64,000 bases of DNA from Candidatus Bilamarchaeaceae archaeon (lineage in GTDB: Archaea; Micrarchaeota; Micrarchaeia; Anstonellales; Bilamarchaeaceae): positions 44,935 to 108,934 of the forward strand of contig JAWCKZ010000002.1 of assembly GCA_038851325.1 (NCBI GenBank), given 5' to 3'. The notes below the pieces were generated by a model. It saw only the letters and a program-made list of their open reading frames with translations, did no database searches and was not told the DNA's origin. Of this stretch, positions 45,835 through 55,537 are shown piece after piece. Within the stretch, counting starts at the first letter, position 1, and each line of letters begins with the position of its first letter. Position numbers and translations under genes: made by a program.

Positions 45835-47424
45835 ATGAATGACCAAAAAAAGATTGGAGAGAAATTCGTAGTCTTACAGGGCGGTGGTAAGAACAGGAAA
45901 AATTTATTCGATGGAGAGCTACCTGTTGTGGAAACAAGGCCGGATAACGAAGTCAACAAAATGCTCATAAGTGCTGTGCAGAATTTGGATGCAGATATGG
46001 TGGAGAGGGCACTGAAGGCAGGCGCGTATCCAGGGCTTATAGATTCAGATGGAAATACGTTACTTCATTTTTCTGGATATGAAGGTAATTATAAAATTTC
46101 AAAACTGCTTATCGATTACGCTTTGGCTAGAAAGATTGATATCATTAACGTACATAATAAACAGAACAAGACGCCGATGGACATGGTGCTGGATGGTCGA
46201 AGACCTGATTCCGAAGGACATGCTAAGGTCTTCGCACTTCTGAGAATAAATAAAGGAAAGTGGTTTAACCCTGAAATTCTTTCTCACATAGGAAATTTTG
46301 AAGAGACTAAACGAGTAATCGAGCGTATAGGAAGAGCTGCCATGTCGAGCGAATTGATAATGGCTGCTGCAGCGCTTGATATTGATTACGCAAAAAAACT
46401 CCTCAGATGTGGTGCTAGTATTTTTTTTAATGATACGGCGACCACCGAGATCTACACTTCTCCGCTTGCTGTTATCATAGGCAAAGCGCTTGAGAGCGGT
46501 CTTACCGATGAGATAGTAAATGCTGCCAAACTTTTTGTTGACTGGAACGCCAAGCTTAACGCCCCATTTATACCAGATTTAAACAACCCATATTTTAAGG
46601 TTACATTGATTGAGATGCAAGCAGCAGATGGCATTCCGCATGACATACGGGGTCTCCTGAAGGATCTTTATGATAAGCAGCTTGCGAACGAACAGCTTTT
46701 TGTTGCTGCGGATGAGAATGATAGGTATCGGGGCGAAAGTGCGATAAGAAAAGGCGCAAGCGTGGACGCGCGGGACGAATTTTTCGGTACTTCACTTCAC
46801 ACTGCTCTGGCCAAGGCGCATCTTGATTTTGCAGAGTTTATTGTCGAGCTCAATACCGATTTAACAGCTGTAGATAGCATTGGCTCTACCCTAATTCATG
46901 CTGCTGCTTATTCGAAAGATCCTAGTGCGCTCACGCTTATAATAAGCGCTATGAGAAATGCAGGTATCGAGCCTGACCTTGATGCCAAGGACGATTTGGG
47001 GAATGCGCCAATACATGTCGCGGTTTTTAGAAGAGGGTATGAAATGGTAGAGGCGCTGGGAAAGGCAGGTGCTGACTTAAACGTGCGAAGCGATTCTGGT
47101 GAAACACCCCTTCACACTGCAGTCATGATGGATGATCCAGATATGGGCGGTTTGCTTTTGAATCTCGGAGCAGAGATTACAGAGGATGTTATTAAATTTG
47201 CAGAGGAGAGAGGCAGGGATGACATAGCAGATGCGCTAATGAAAATAAGAGAAAAACAGAAAGCAGCAGAGTCTCTTCATACTGCAATTAAAAATGAAGA
47301 GCATGGCGCAACGCTACCTGCAAAGAACGAAGAAAAAACTAAAGATGGGCCAGAGGAGGCAGGTAGAAAACTGCCCAACAACGTTGTGCCATTTCCTAAC
47401 CTCGAGCGCAAAGGCAAATCCTGA
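45835..47424 (+). CDS. Ankyrin-repeat protein
   Basis: GNTLLH, NKTPMD, GTSLHTA, GSTLIHAA, GNAPIHVA, GETPLHTA repeats. Confidence 0.9.
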   Translation: MNDQKKIGEKFVVLQGGGKNRKNLFDGELPVVETRPDNEVNKMLISAVQNLDADMVERALKAGAYPGLIDSDGNTLLHFSGYEGNYKISKLLIDYALARKIDIINVHNKQNKTPMDMVLDGRRPDSEGHAKVFALLRINKGKWFNPEILSHIGNFEETKRVIERIGRAAMSSELIMAAAALDIDYAKKLLRCGASIFFNDTATTEIYTSPLAVIIGKALESGLTDEIVNAAKLFVDWNAKLNAPFIPDLNNPYFKVTLIEMQAADGIPHDIRGLLKDLYDKQLANEQLFVAADENDRYRGESAIRKGASVDARDEFFGTSLHTALAKAHLDFAEFIVELNTDLTAVDSIGSTLIHAAAYSKDPSALTLIISAMRNAGIEPDLDAKDDLGNAPIHVAVFRRGYEMVEALGKAGADLNVRSDSGETPLHTAVMMDDPDMGGLLLNLGAEITEDVIKFAEERGRDDIADALMKIREKQKAAESLHTAIKNEEHGATLPAKNEEKTKDGPEEAGRKLPNNVVPFPNLERKGKS

Positions 47425-49614
47425 CTAGTCCATGAAAAACTCTGCAGTCGGTGGCTCTGGAGGCTCCCCTTTTCTTTCTCTTATTTGCTTTACTATCTTG
47501 CCAACGAGATCTCTTGGCATTGGAAAGTATCCAGCGTACTCCTGATACCAGATTGCACGTCCTTGCGTCACTCCTCTAAGGGAATTTGAGAAGCCAAACA
47601 TTTCTGCAACTGGCATAAGATCGTTTATTGTTGTTGTCTCTCCTTCCTGCTCCATACTAAGCAACTGACCGCGCTTTCCATTTAGGAGATTTATTACATC
47701 TCCGGCATACTCCTGCGGCGTCTGAATAAGAACCTTCTGCTTTGGTTCAAGAAGTGTTATTCCTGCCTTTATTAAGGCAGCGTATATGGGTCGTTTCGTA
47801 GCTGGAAGCATCTGTGCAGGACCACGATGAACGTTGTCCTCGTGCAACGTTGCATCCACTAGAGTTACCTTAACACCGACTACTTTTTCCTTTGCAAGCG
47901 GTCCTTGGTCCATTGCTTCTTCGAATCCCTGAATGAGAAGCTCTTCCACTTCATTAAGGTACTGAATACCTTTTGTACCATTTATGAATATGTTTTTATT
48001 GTGAACATCGTATACGTTTCGTGCTTCATCGCGTGTGAGCCCGTGCTCAACAAAAACCTCAACGAGCTCTTTTCCCTTTGGTCTTCCGTTTGGTATCAAT
48101 CCTTCGTCCAGCGCCTTCATCATCTTTTCTGGGAGTGGTTCTACAACAAACTTCAACCGATTATGCTTATTGGGCGATTTTCCTTCTATCGGTCCTCCGC
48201 TTCCTGTTATCGTTTCCTGGTAGACCACAATTGGCGGAGAGGTTTCAATTGGTATTTTCTTTTCGTTTCTTATCTTGTACTCTATAATCTCAAGATGGAG
48301 TTCTCCCATACCGGAGATTAAATGCTCTCCAGTCTCCTGATTAAGAGTAACACGAAGGGTCGGATCCTCCTTTGAAAGTCCTCTGAGCACTTCTATAAGT
48401 TTTGCAAGGTCCTTGCTCTCTTTGGCTTCTATGGATTTTGTCATCACAGGTTCTGAATAATGCTTTATCTGCTCGAATGGCTCGACCGGTTCTGTACTTA
48501 CTGTCTCGCCCACATACACATCTTTAAGGCCGATAAAGGCGCCTATATTTCCAGCCAGTACTCTATCTGTCGGAACCCGGTCTGGACCCATGTAGATAGC
48601 GACCTGCTGGACCTTTGAATACGCCTTCTTCGAGGCTACATAAAGTTGGTCTCCTTTAGTAACCTTTCCTGAAAAAAGACGCACAACCCCAACTTCTCCA
48701 GCGTGCTCGTCATACACAACACCAAAGCAGACACCGATTGTCTTTGCATTTGGATCGCAGGCAAGCATTCCTTTTCCGGCATCGCTGTTTAGATCTCCCT
48801 TCCACAAAACAGGAATTCTGTATGCCTGAGCTGTTTTCGGATCAGGAAGATGTCTTACAACCATCTCAAGAAGAACATCATCCACTGGGGATCTTTCAAC
48901 CAGATAAGCGTGGTCTCCAGTTGTGCATTTCTCGTAGATGTCCTTAAAACCAATGTTGTATTTTTTCATGGAGCTGATGCTCACAGCCCATTTGTTGAAC
49001 GCTGAGCCAAATGCTATGTTTCCTTTTTCGACAGATATCAGCCAATCAGATTTCCTTTCAGGTGGCGCATTTCCCTCGATTATCCTATTTATGCCGATTA
49101 TTATCTTTATCAGTTTCTCCTGCATAGACTTTTGGTCCAGTTTCAACTCATTAATAAGTCTATCTATCTTATTTATGAAGACAACAGGTTTTGCCCTTTC
49201 TTTAAGCGCTTGCCTTAGAACAGTTTCTGTCTGCGGCATTATTCCTTCTACAGAATCCACGACAAGGACAACGCCATCGACTGCTCTCATCGCTCGCGTT
49301 ACATGCCCTCCAAAGTCAACATGACCTGGAGTGTCTATGAGATTGATGAGATAATCCTTTCCTTCGTAGTTAAACCCAAGCGAGATGTTCGCTGCCTTTA
49401 TCGTAATTCCTCTTGCCTGCTCCTGTTCGTCAAAATCCATAACGCGTTGGGTGCCGGCGAGTTCTTTTGAGATAAGACCAGCGCGCGCTACCAGACTATC
49501 AGTAAGCGTTGTCTTTCCGTGGTCAACATGCGCAACGATGGCAACATTTCTAACCTGCTCTATCTTATCCATTATCTTTTGTACTTCTTCAACTACAAAT
49601 TCCTTTCGTGCCAT
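47425..49614 (-). CDS. fusA: Elongation factor EF-2
   Basis: AHVDHGKTT, RGITI, DTPGHVDF, NKID; diphthamide loop HEDNVHRGPAQ. Confidence 0.98.
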   Translation of the reverse strand: MARKEFVVEEVQKIMDKIEQVRNVAIVAHVDHGKTTLTDSLVARAGLISKELAGTQRVMDFDEQEQARGITIKAANISLGFNYEGKDYLINLIDTPGHVDFGGHVTRAMRAVDGVVLVVDSVEGIMPQTETVLRQALKERAKPVVFINKIDRLINELKLDQKSMQEKLIKIIIGINRIIEGNAPPERKSDWLISVEKGNIAFGSAFNKWAVSISSMKKYNIGFKDIYEKCTTGDHAYLVERSPVDDVLLEMVVRHLPDPKTAQAYRIPVLWKGDLNSDAGKGMLACDPNAKTIGVCFGVVYDEHAGEVGVVRLFSGKVTKGDQLYVASKKAYSKVQQVAIYMGPDRVPTDRVLAGNIGAFIGLKDVYVGETVSTEPVEPFEQIKHYSEPVMTKSIEAKESKDLAKLIEVLRGLSKEDPTLRVTLNQETGEHLISGMGELHLEIIEYKIRNEKKIPIETSPPIVVYQETITGSGGPIEGKSPNKHNRLKFVVEPLPEKMMKALDEGLIPNGRPKGKELVEVFVEHGLTRDEARNVYDVHNKNIFINGTKGIQYLNEVEELLIQGFEEAMDQGPLAKEKVVGVKVTLVDATLHEDNVHRGPAQMLPATKRPIYAALIKAGITLLEPKQKVLIQTPQEYAGDVINLLNGKRGQLLSMEQEGETTTINDLMPVAEMFGFSNSLRGVTQGRAIWYQEYAGYFPMPRDLVGKIVKQIRERKGEPPEPPTAEFFMD

Positions 49615-49644
49615 ATCCCACACCAAATGAGAAAAAATATGAGA

Positions 49645-50253
49645 CTATCTCGCGCTTCTTGCGATGCGCTCTATCTCGTCTTTCTTTTTCATTGCGTAAC
49701 TGTTCTGTATATCCCCTTTTGCCGTGTAGATTATTTCATCTGCAAGCGCAGAAGCGAGAGACTTGTTCTTTCTGAATGTGCCCATGAGTGCTGCCAGTGC
49801 GATGTTTCTGAGCGCAAGATCAAGTCGTCTTGTCGCTGAGATGTCTACTGCGATTTGGTAGCTTACTCCGCCGTATGAAACACGCGTTACGTCTTCATTG
49901 GGTGCAGAATTCTCAAGCGCTCTTATGAGCACCTGTACAGGATTTTCTTTTGTTTTTTCCTCCACCATCGCAAAGGCTTTTTCCACTGTTTTTATCATCT
50001 TTAGTTTTTTACCCTGAAGCCTTCCATGAGTTCGTATAACCTTTCCAGATGTCTTCTCACCGGTTCCGCCACGCATGAGCTTGTTTATAAGCCTTTCAAC
50101 TACATTAACATCCATTTTACCCAAGTCTTTTTTCTTGTGTCTACCGAATGAGTGCGGAACAAGTATCGGTTTTAGTGTTATCACTTGCGCAAGACTTCTG
50201 TCAGTTATTTGGATTCCCTCAAGTGAGTATTTTCCAAAAAGTTTGTCGCTCAT
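49645..50253 (-). CDS. rps7: 30S ribosomal protein S7 (uS7)
   Basis: VVERLINKLM, NPVQVLIRALENSAP, AVDISATRRLD, KKDEIERIARSAR. Confidence 0.96.
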   Translation of the reverse strand: MSDKLFGKYSLEGIQITDRSLAQVITLKPILVPHSFGRHKKKDLGKMDVNVVERLINKLMRGGTGEKTSGKVIRTHGRLQGKKLKMIKTVEKAFAMVEEKTKENPVQVLIRALENSAPNEDVTRVSYGGVSYQIAVDISATRRLDLALRNIALAALMGTFRKNKSLASALADEIIYTAKGDIQNSYAMKKKDEIERIARSAR

Positions 50254-50257
50254 AGTA

Positions 50258-50698
50258 TCATCTCTTTGGTTTCTCCTTTCTTCCCTTTCTTAACATCTGA
50301 ATGTCAGCGCCGTTTACTGAAACAACCTTGTATCTAACACCGGGTATGGAACCCATCTGTCCGCGCTGAGAGCCGCCAAGCCCTGCTATTATAACCTCAT
50401 CGTGTTCATCTATAAAAGTGATTGCCTTATCTCTCGGCGCGAATGCAGAGACAATCTTACCATTCTTTACGAGTTGACATTTTATACATTTTATAAGTCC
50501 AGAATGAGGCTGCTTCTGCTCCAAAACTATCTTCTCAAGCACGATAGCCTTTGCCTGCGGCGCGCCTTCGAGAGGGTCGAATTTTTGCTTTAGTTTAAGC
50601 GCCTTTCTTTTCCATCTTTTTGATAACCACCTTCGTCTCTTTCTGTTTCTAACTAGGTTGCGTCCAGCAAATTCTCCATTTTTGCCCTTCTTACTCAT
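50258..50698 (-). CDS. rps12: 30S ribosomal protein S12 (uS12)
   Basis: [39 protein letters not shown]; ATG after GGTGG. Confidence 0.96.
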   Translation of the reverse strand: MSKKGKNGEFAGRNLVRNRKRRRWLSKRWKRKALKLKQKFDPLEGAPQAKAIVLEKIVLEQKQPHSGLIKCIKCQLVKNGKIVSAFAPRDKAITFIDEHDEVIIAGLGGSQRGQMGSIPGVRYKVVSVNGADIQMLRKGRKEKPKR

Positions 50699-50742
50699 CC
50701 ATCCACCTTGTTTCCATTTTTTATATCGTCCGCTCGGTTGAA

Positions 50743-50844
50743 CCTGACTTCGCCGCTTGCATCTTGATGGGGCACCAGCCATGCTGATGTTCCCACCGAC
50801 GCGGCTCATGCAAGCGTCTGTCTAAGGTAAGCGGCGAGATCAAG
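50743..50844 (-). promoter_or_regulatory. Candidate structured 5' leader of the rps12-rps7-EF2 operon
   Basis: CTTGATCTCGCCGCTT pairs with AAGCGGCGAAGTCAGG at 15 of 16 positions (G-U included) and encloses further hairpins. Confidence 0.55.
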
Positions 50845-51083
50845 TTAGAACATTAAAACTGGACAATTAGCCGTCCAAACTTTTAATCTTCTTTTACTAA
50901 AATGGGTTTATAAATGTTATAGATCCCTTGGAACAATCTGTCCTCAGCCAACAATTCCCCATATGTAAGGCGCATATTCTGGTCTAATGTGATAAGAAGG
51001 AAAAAAATTATCGATTTTTCGCTGAGGTTGGCAGTGGTATTTTTAAACTCTTACGATGTGTTTAAAGGGTTAGTGGTGAGTCT

Positions 51084-51713
51084 ATGAAGGATAAATTTAG
51101 TATACCTGTCATTATGCTGTCGCTGTGTTTACTTTTGCTAGGTTGCATTACTCTTGGTGGAGTGGAAAAGCCAATAGAAACTCAACCTGAAACCATCCCG
51201 CAGCAGTGCAGGGTAGTGACGGAGCAAATACCATATCTTGAAGAGGTTTGCAGAGAGGAGATGCACGGAAGGGAGGAATGCGAATATAAAGAGCTTCCCT
51301 TTGTGGTAAGCCAAGTTGAGGAAATCGATTTGTGTATGGAAGGGGATTCCTGTTCCGGAAAGCCTCTTGGCGAATGCATCTCAAGATGCACCAAGGCAAT
51401 GAAGAGATGCAAAATGAACATAACAAACTTGGATACCAGACATAGTGGGGTATGGAGTGTTGGTGCTACATTTACGCAGGGAAAAAATTCTTTCATTAAA
51501 AATCCAGAGAGTGCAGAGATACTGCCGGGTAGAACGCATACATTTGATTTCACACAGATTTACTCTCTTGGAATTCCATCGACAAGCGCCACATGCTCGC
51601 TCTACGTCCTTACAAACGCATCTGTAAGAGACTGCAAGACTGTTAGTAGACCAGTGACCGTATGCGAAAATGTAACCAAAGTTAGAGAAGAGCAAAGAGT
51701 TGTTTGCGGATAG
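51084..51713 (+). CDS. Cys-rich putative lipoprotein
   Basis: Lipobox-like LLLLGC; more than 10 Cys in the mature part. Confidence 0.7.
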   Translation: MKDKFSIPVIMLSLCLLLLGCITLGGVEKPIETQPETIPQQCRVVTEQIPYLEEVCREEMHGREECEYKELPFVVSQVEEIDLCMEGDSCSGKPLGECISRCTKAMKRCKMNITNLDTRHSGVWSVGATFTQGKNSFIKNPESAEILPGRTHTFDFTQIYSLGIPSTSATCSLYVLTNASVRDCKTVSRPVTVCENVTKVREEQRVVCG

Positions 51714-51733
51714 GAAGCATGCAGGAGGAGCTG

Positions 51734-52879
51734 ATGGGGACTGGCACGATTGGACAGGATGTGCTAACTATCCACATCGGTGAGGTTGCGCTCAAAGGAA
51801 AAAATAGAAGAGATTTTGAAAGGCAACTCTTCGCAAACATAAAAGCAAAAATACCAGATGCGCATATGATACGAGCGGACGGGAGATTCATTCTTGAAAC
51901 AAAGAACTTAGACGCTGCGCTTGGTAAATTGGGGAAGATATTTGGGATATCCTGGTTCTCTAAGTCAGTGGTGCTCCCACCTGATGTGGACGGTATTGCA
52001 AAAGAGATCGCAGAAAGAATCGGGAATGAGCGGGTAAAAATCGAAACAAGACGCGTGGATAAGAGATTTCCAAAAACGTCCGTGGAGATAAGTAAAGAGA
52101 TTGCAGGTCGGATTGCCGCACTTGGAAAAAATCCGGTTGTGCGGGACTATGAGCGTATCGTTCTTATCGAGATTCTGCGCGATATGGCTATTATTACATT
52201 TGAGAGAAATGAAGGTGCAGGTGGGCTACCGTATGGCTCGAGCGGAAGACTTCTGTCGCTTCTCTCAGGTGGGATAGACTCGCCGGTTGCGGCATGGCTT
52301 ATGATGAGTAGAGGTTGTGAGCTTGAATTTTTGCACGTTCACGCGCAGCCGTCCAGTGAGGCTGTGAAGAAATCTAAAATAACCGCGCTTGTCAGCCGCC
52401 TTGCGGAATATGCACCAAACGCTCTTACTCTACATCTTGCGCCATATGAGGAGTTTTACAACGCATCCTCCAAAGTGCCCTCCCGCGAGGAGCTTATAGT
52501 CTTCAGAAAATTTCTCTTCCGTTTAGCAGATAGGATTGCACAAAAATCAAACGCTCTCGGAATAGTTTCCGGAGACAGCGTTGGGCAGGTAGCTTCCCAA
52601 ACACTTCACAATCTTGCTGCGGTCAATAGCGCCGCCCACCTGCCGATATACCGGCCGCTTGTTGGTATGGATAAGGAGCGGATAATCGAGATTGCAAAGA
52701 AAATAGGGACCTATGAAATCTCTGTTCAGCCATACAAGGATTGTTGTTCATTGGTCGCAGAGCGTCATCCAACAACGCGTGCAAGATCGGAGAGAATAGA
52801 GGTTATAGAAAAAAAGATAGATATTGAGAACATAATAGAGAAAACAGTAAAAAAGATTGAGACCATTCATATTGGTTAA
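51734..52879 (+). CDS. thiI: tRNA 4-thiouridine synthase ThiI
   Basis: GEVALKGKNR, THUMP domain, LLSGGIDSPVA, GQVASQT, YRPLVGMDK, DCCS. Confidence 0.95.
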   Translation: MGTGTIGQDVLTIHIGEVALKGKNRRDFERQLFANIKAKIPDAHMIRADGRFILETKNLDAALGKLGKIFGISWFSKSVVLPPDVDGIAKEIAERIGNERVKIETRRVDKRFPKTSVEISKEIAGRIAALGKNPVVRDYERIVLIEILRDMAIITFERNEGAGGLPYGSSGRLLSLLSGGIDSPVAAWLMMSRGCELEFLHVHAQPSSEAVKKSKITALVSRLAEYAPNALTLHLAPYEEFYNASSKVPSREELIVFRKFLFRLADRIAQKSNALGIVSGDSVGQVASQTLHNLAAVNSAAHLPIYRPLVGMDKERIIEIAKKIGTYEISVQPYKDCCSLVAERHPTTRARSERIEVIEKKIDIENIIEKTVKKIETIHIG

Positions 52880-52907
52880 TAAAAAGTGGTTAATAAAAAG
52901 TAGCAGA

Positions 52908-52938
52908 AAATCCCCGTGAGGGGATTTCTGGCTTTTTG
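52908..52938 (+). terminator. Hairpin with downstream T-run between convergent genes
   Basis: AAATCCCC-GTGA-GGGGATTT followed by ctggcttttt. Confidence 0.45.
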
Positions 52939-53052
52939 GTGGGAGGATAGTGGAGAGAACGGGCGCTATACAATAAAAATGAGAGGGGGTTGAGAGGCGG
53001 GAGGTATAGCGAACCGTTCTCTACCTTGCCTTTTAAGCATAATTCCCTTTTG

Positions 53053-53499
53053 TCACAGAAAGAAGAAAACCTTCTTTCCGACCTGTTTTTTCCTGAGCAG
53101 GTTCATATCGCATAGGCGGTTGAGCCTCGCAGATGCCGCATTTTTTCCTTTATAGTTGAACTTCGCGCGGACGTCGTCTGCTGTTACTTTTCCGCGTTCC
53201 CTGACAAACTCAAGTATGTTTTCGTCTATCTCAGGTATCAAAGGCTCTTCGAATTGTTCCTTTTCAGTACTGCTGTTCAGTGCGCGCTCTATTTGTTCAA
53301 TCCTCGCGAGTATGTTTTTCAGTATTCTGTTGGTATTCTCTCTTTCTTCGAGGAGCTTGTACATAAGTTCGCCGAGGATGACCGGGTCGCGAAATTTTTC
53401 TATGTTTGTCTGGATATCTCGTTCGATCTCGTATGAAAGTCCGCCCTGTGAGCCCTGCGTAGCGTTAGATTTATATATCTTATCCTTACTATCTTCCAC
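53053..53499 (-). CDS. Coiled-coil + winged-helix DNA-binding protein
   Basis: GTG after AGGTGAT; ILEFVRERGKVTADDVRAKF...SARLNRLCDMNLLRKKQVGKKVFF. Confidence 0.75.
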   Translation of the reverse strand: MEDSKDKIYKSNATQGSQGGLSYEIERDIQTNIEKFRDPVILGELMYKLLEERENTNRILKNILARIEQIERALNSSTEKEQFEEPLIPEIDENILEFVRERGKVTADDVRAKFNYKGKNAASARLNRLCDMNLLRKKQVGKKVFFFL

Positions 53500-53589
53500 A
53501 GCAATCACCTGCGATTGTAATGTCGCGCAAATATCGCGCAACTGTCATGATATAATCATGATAATATTTATAAATCTTTCGGTGTTAAC

Positions 53590-54132
53590 TTGCAATTTAC
53601 AGCTCTTATTTCCTCTTTATATAACTATTTCAGGCAAAAAAGGGAGAAGAAGCTTAGAAGACTCAAGGATGACCTGCTTGACGAAGCGATAATGAGAAAC
53701 AGTAAACTTCTCTTTGAGCTTGCTGTTCTCTCTTATGTTTTCTCAAAAATACTTTCTAGACCAAGATTTCTTACTGAGCAATACGTGAAAGAACTAAACG
53801 AGATAGAACGGCTTCTTGGCCGTATCCTGGCAGGGATTGGTAAGAAGACAGATGCAGAACTACTATCGATAATACATGAGATAGAGAATGTTATAAAGCA
53901 CCTGGAGAGAGAGGATCAGAGGTATTTTCGCGACTTGATAACAAAAGGACGGCTTAAGATGGCTTCAACGATGTATGCAAAGGGCATTTCGCTGGGCACA
54001 GCGGCAAGCATGAGCGGTTTGGATAAGCAGGAAATACAAGAGTATGCAGGTAGCACACTGATGTTTGATAGGGTTAAGGAAGAGATAGATATAAAAGAAA
54101 GAATAAAAAGAGCCAGAAGGCTTCTGGAGTGA
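53590..54132 (+). CDS. Protein with C-terminal UPF0175-like HTH (antitoxin-like)
   Basis: GISLGTAASMSGLDKQEI resembles the UPF0175 ISLGKAAELAG motif. Confidence 0.55.
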   Translation: MQFTALISSLYNYFRQKREKKLRRLKDDLLDEAIMRNSKLLFELAVLSYVFSKILSRPRFLTEQYVKELNEIERLLGRILAGIGKKTDAELLSIIHEIENVIKHLEREDQRYFRDLITKGRLKMASTMYAKGISLGTAASMSGLDKQEIQEYAGSTLMFDRVKEEIDIKERIKRARRLLE

Positions 54133-54136
54133 TTAG

Positions 54137-54820
54137 ATGCAAAAAACAATTGTTTGTGATTCCGGAGCCCTTATATCTCTCACAACCTCTTGTCTTACTG
54201 AAATTCTCTATATCTTTAAGAAAAAATATAATGTTTCGTTTATTATTCCGCCTGCGGTTGAAGAGGAAACCGTTCTCTACCCAATGCGAAGGCGCATAAA
54301 GGAGTTTTTGTTCTCCGCAGTGAAGATAAAGGATGCGATAAATGATGGTGTTATAACCGTTATGACGACAGAGCGTCTTAAGCAAAACACCGAGAGACTG
54401 ATAAAGCTTGCCAATAATATGTTTTATGCGCAGGGAAAATCGATAAATCTTCTTCATACGGGAGAGACGGAAGTGCTTGCGCTCGCGGGAGAGATCGGCA
54501 CAGAAACTATTCTGGTCGATGAACGAACAACGAGATTACTCCTGGAAACGCCGTTTAGGTTAAAGGAGCATATGGAAGAAGAGTTTGGAGTAAATATTAT
54601 GATTAACAGAAATAGTTTCGAGGAGTTCTCAAAATATGTTGCGGGCTTGGACGCCATACGAAGCAGCGAACTTGCGATGCTTGCATACGAAATAGGCTAC
54701 TTCAATAAATATCAGGGAATGGAAAAGGAAGCAGCGGAAGCCGCGCTTTATAAAATAAGATTCGCCGGGTGCAGTATAAGGTTTGATGAGATAGCAACAT
54801 ATCTGAAGCTGGTAGAATGA
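54137..54820 (+). CDS. PIN-domain protein (DUF3368/COG2405-like)
   Basis: IVCDSGALISL, LHTGETEVLALA, ILVDERTTR acidic active-site residues. Confidence 0.7.
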   Translation: MQKTIVCDSGALISLTTSCLTEILYIFKKKYNVSFIIPPAVEEETVLYPMRRRIKEFLFSAVKIKDAINDGVITVMTTERLKQNTERLIKLANNMFYAQGKSINLLHTGETEVLALAGEIGTETILVDERTTRLLLETPFRLKEHMEEEFGVNIMINRNSFEEFSKYVAGLDAIRSSELAMLAYEIGYFNKYQGMEKEAAEAALYKIRFAGCSIRFDEIATYLKLVE

Positions 54821-55509
54821 CCCTGCCATCGGTGTTTTCAAATTATGATAGCGTAAGGATAGTGCTTGACCATCGTGAGTCTGAGGAGTTTGTGGATTTG
54901 CTCACAGAGTTTGGTGCGCACGTAGAGAAGGCGCAGCTTGATGTTGGAGACTTTGTCTGTTCTGAGCGCGTTGTAGTAGAAAGAAAGACGCGCGAGGATT
55001 TTGAGACATCTGTAATAGATGGCAGACTTTTTAGACAGTTGGAAAATCTTGTTCATAATTTTCCGCGGCCCGTTGTAATCGTGGAAGGCCAGGAAGAGCG
55101 CTCTAATAGAATAACTCGAGAAGCGCTCATGGGCGCCTACTCCGCGATAGTGTCGGATTACGGACTTCCACTTATCTTCACGAGAGATACAAGTGAAACA
55201 GCAGAGTTTATTTTCTTTTTGGCAAAGCACGAGCAACGCTCAAAGAAACATCCGTTAAGGATATTTGCAAAACGAAAGTCTCTAACACCATCGCAAAGCG
55301 CACGCGCAATTGTTGAAATGCTTCCAAGCGTTGGACCAAAACTCGCAAAAGCTATCCTTCTTCACTTTGGTAATATAGAATCGTTCGTAAAAGCATCAGA
55401 GAATGAATTGGCTGAAGTTCCAGGACTTGGCGAGAAGCGTGCGCGCATTATATTCTCTCTTATTCGATATCAGTACAAAGATGACGAGGATGAATTAACA
55501 GAGATTTGA
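54817..55509 (+). CDS. Short XPF/ERCC4 nuclease with tandem HhH
   Basis: VLDHRE, LDVGDF, VVVERKT, IVEG; LPSVGPKLA and VPGLGEKRA. Confidence 0.92.
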   Translation: MTLPSVFSNYDSVRIVLDHRESEEFVDLLTEFGAHVEKAQLDVGDFVCSERVVVERKTREDFETSVIDGRLFRQLENLVHNFPRPVVIVEGQEERSNRITREALMGAYSAIVSDYGLPLIFTRDTSETAEFIFFLAKHEQRSKKHPLRIFAKRKSLTPSQSARAIVEMLPSVGPKLAKAILLHFGNIESFVKASENELAEVPGLGEKRARIIFSLIRYQYKDDEDELTEI

Positions 55510-55537
55510 ATCTTAAGTTTGGCTGATTTTAAGAATT

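Noticed and set aside
50699-50809. N-terminal extension of S12 predicted by the ORF track
   Set aside because: The conserved S12 sequence starts at ATG 50698 behind an SD; the extension coincides with the structured leader
50770-50810. GGAA tetraloop followed by AGCA, suggestive of SRP RNA helix 8
   Set aside because: The 5' CAGG half of the symmetric loop is missing and no helix 6 or Alu domain was recognised
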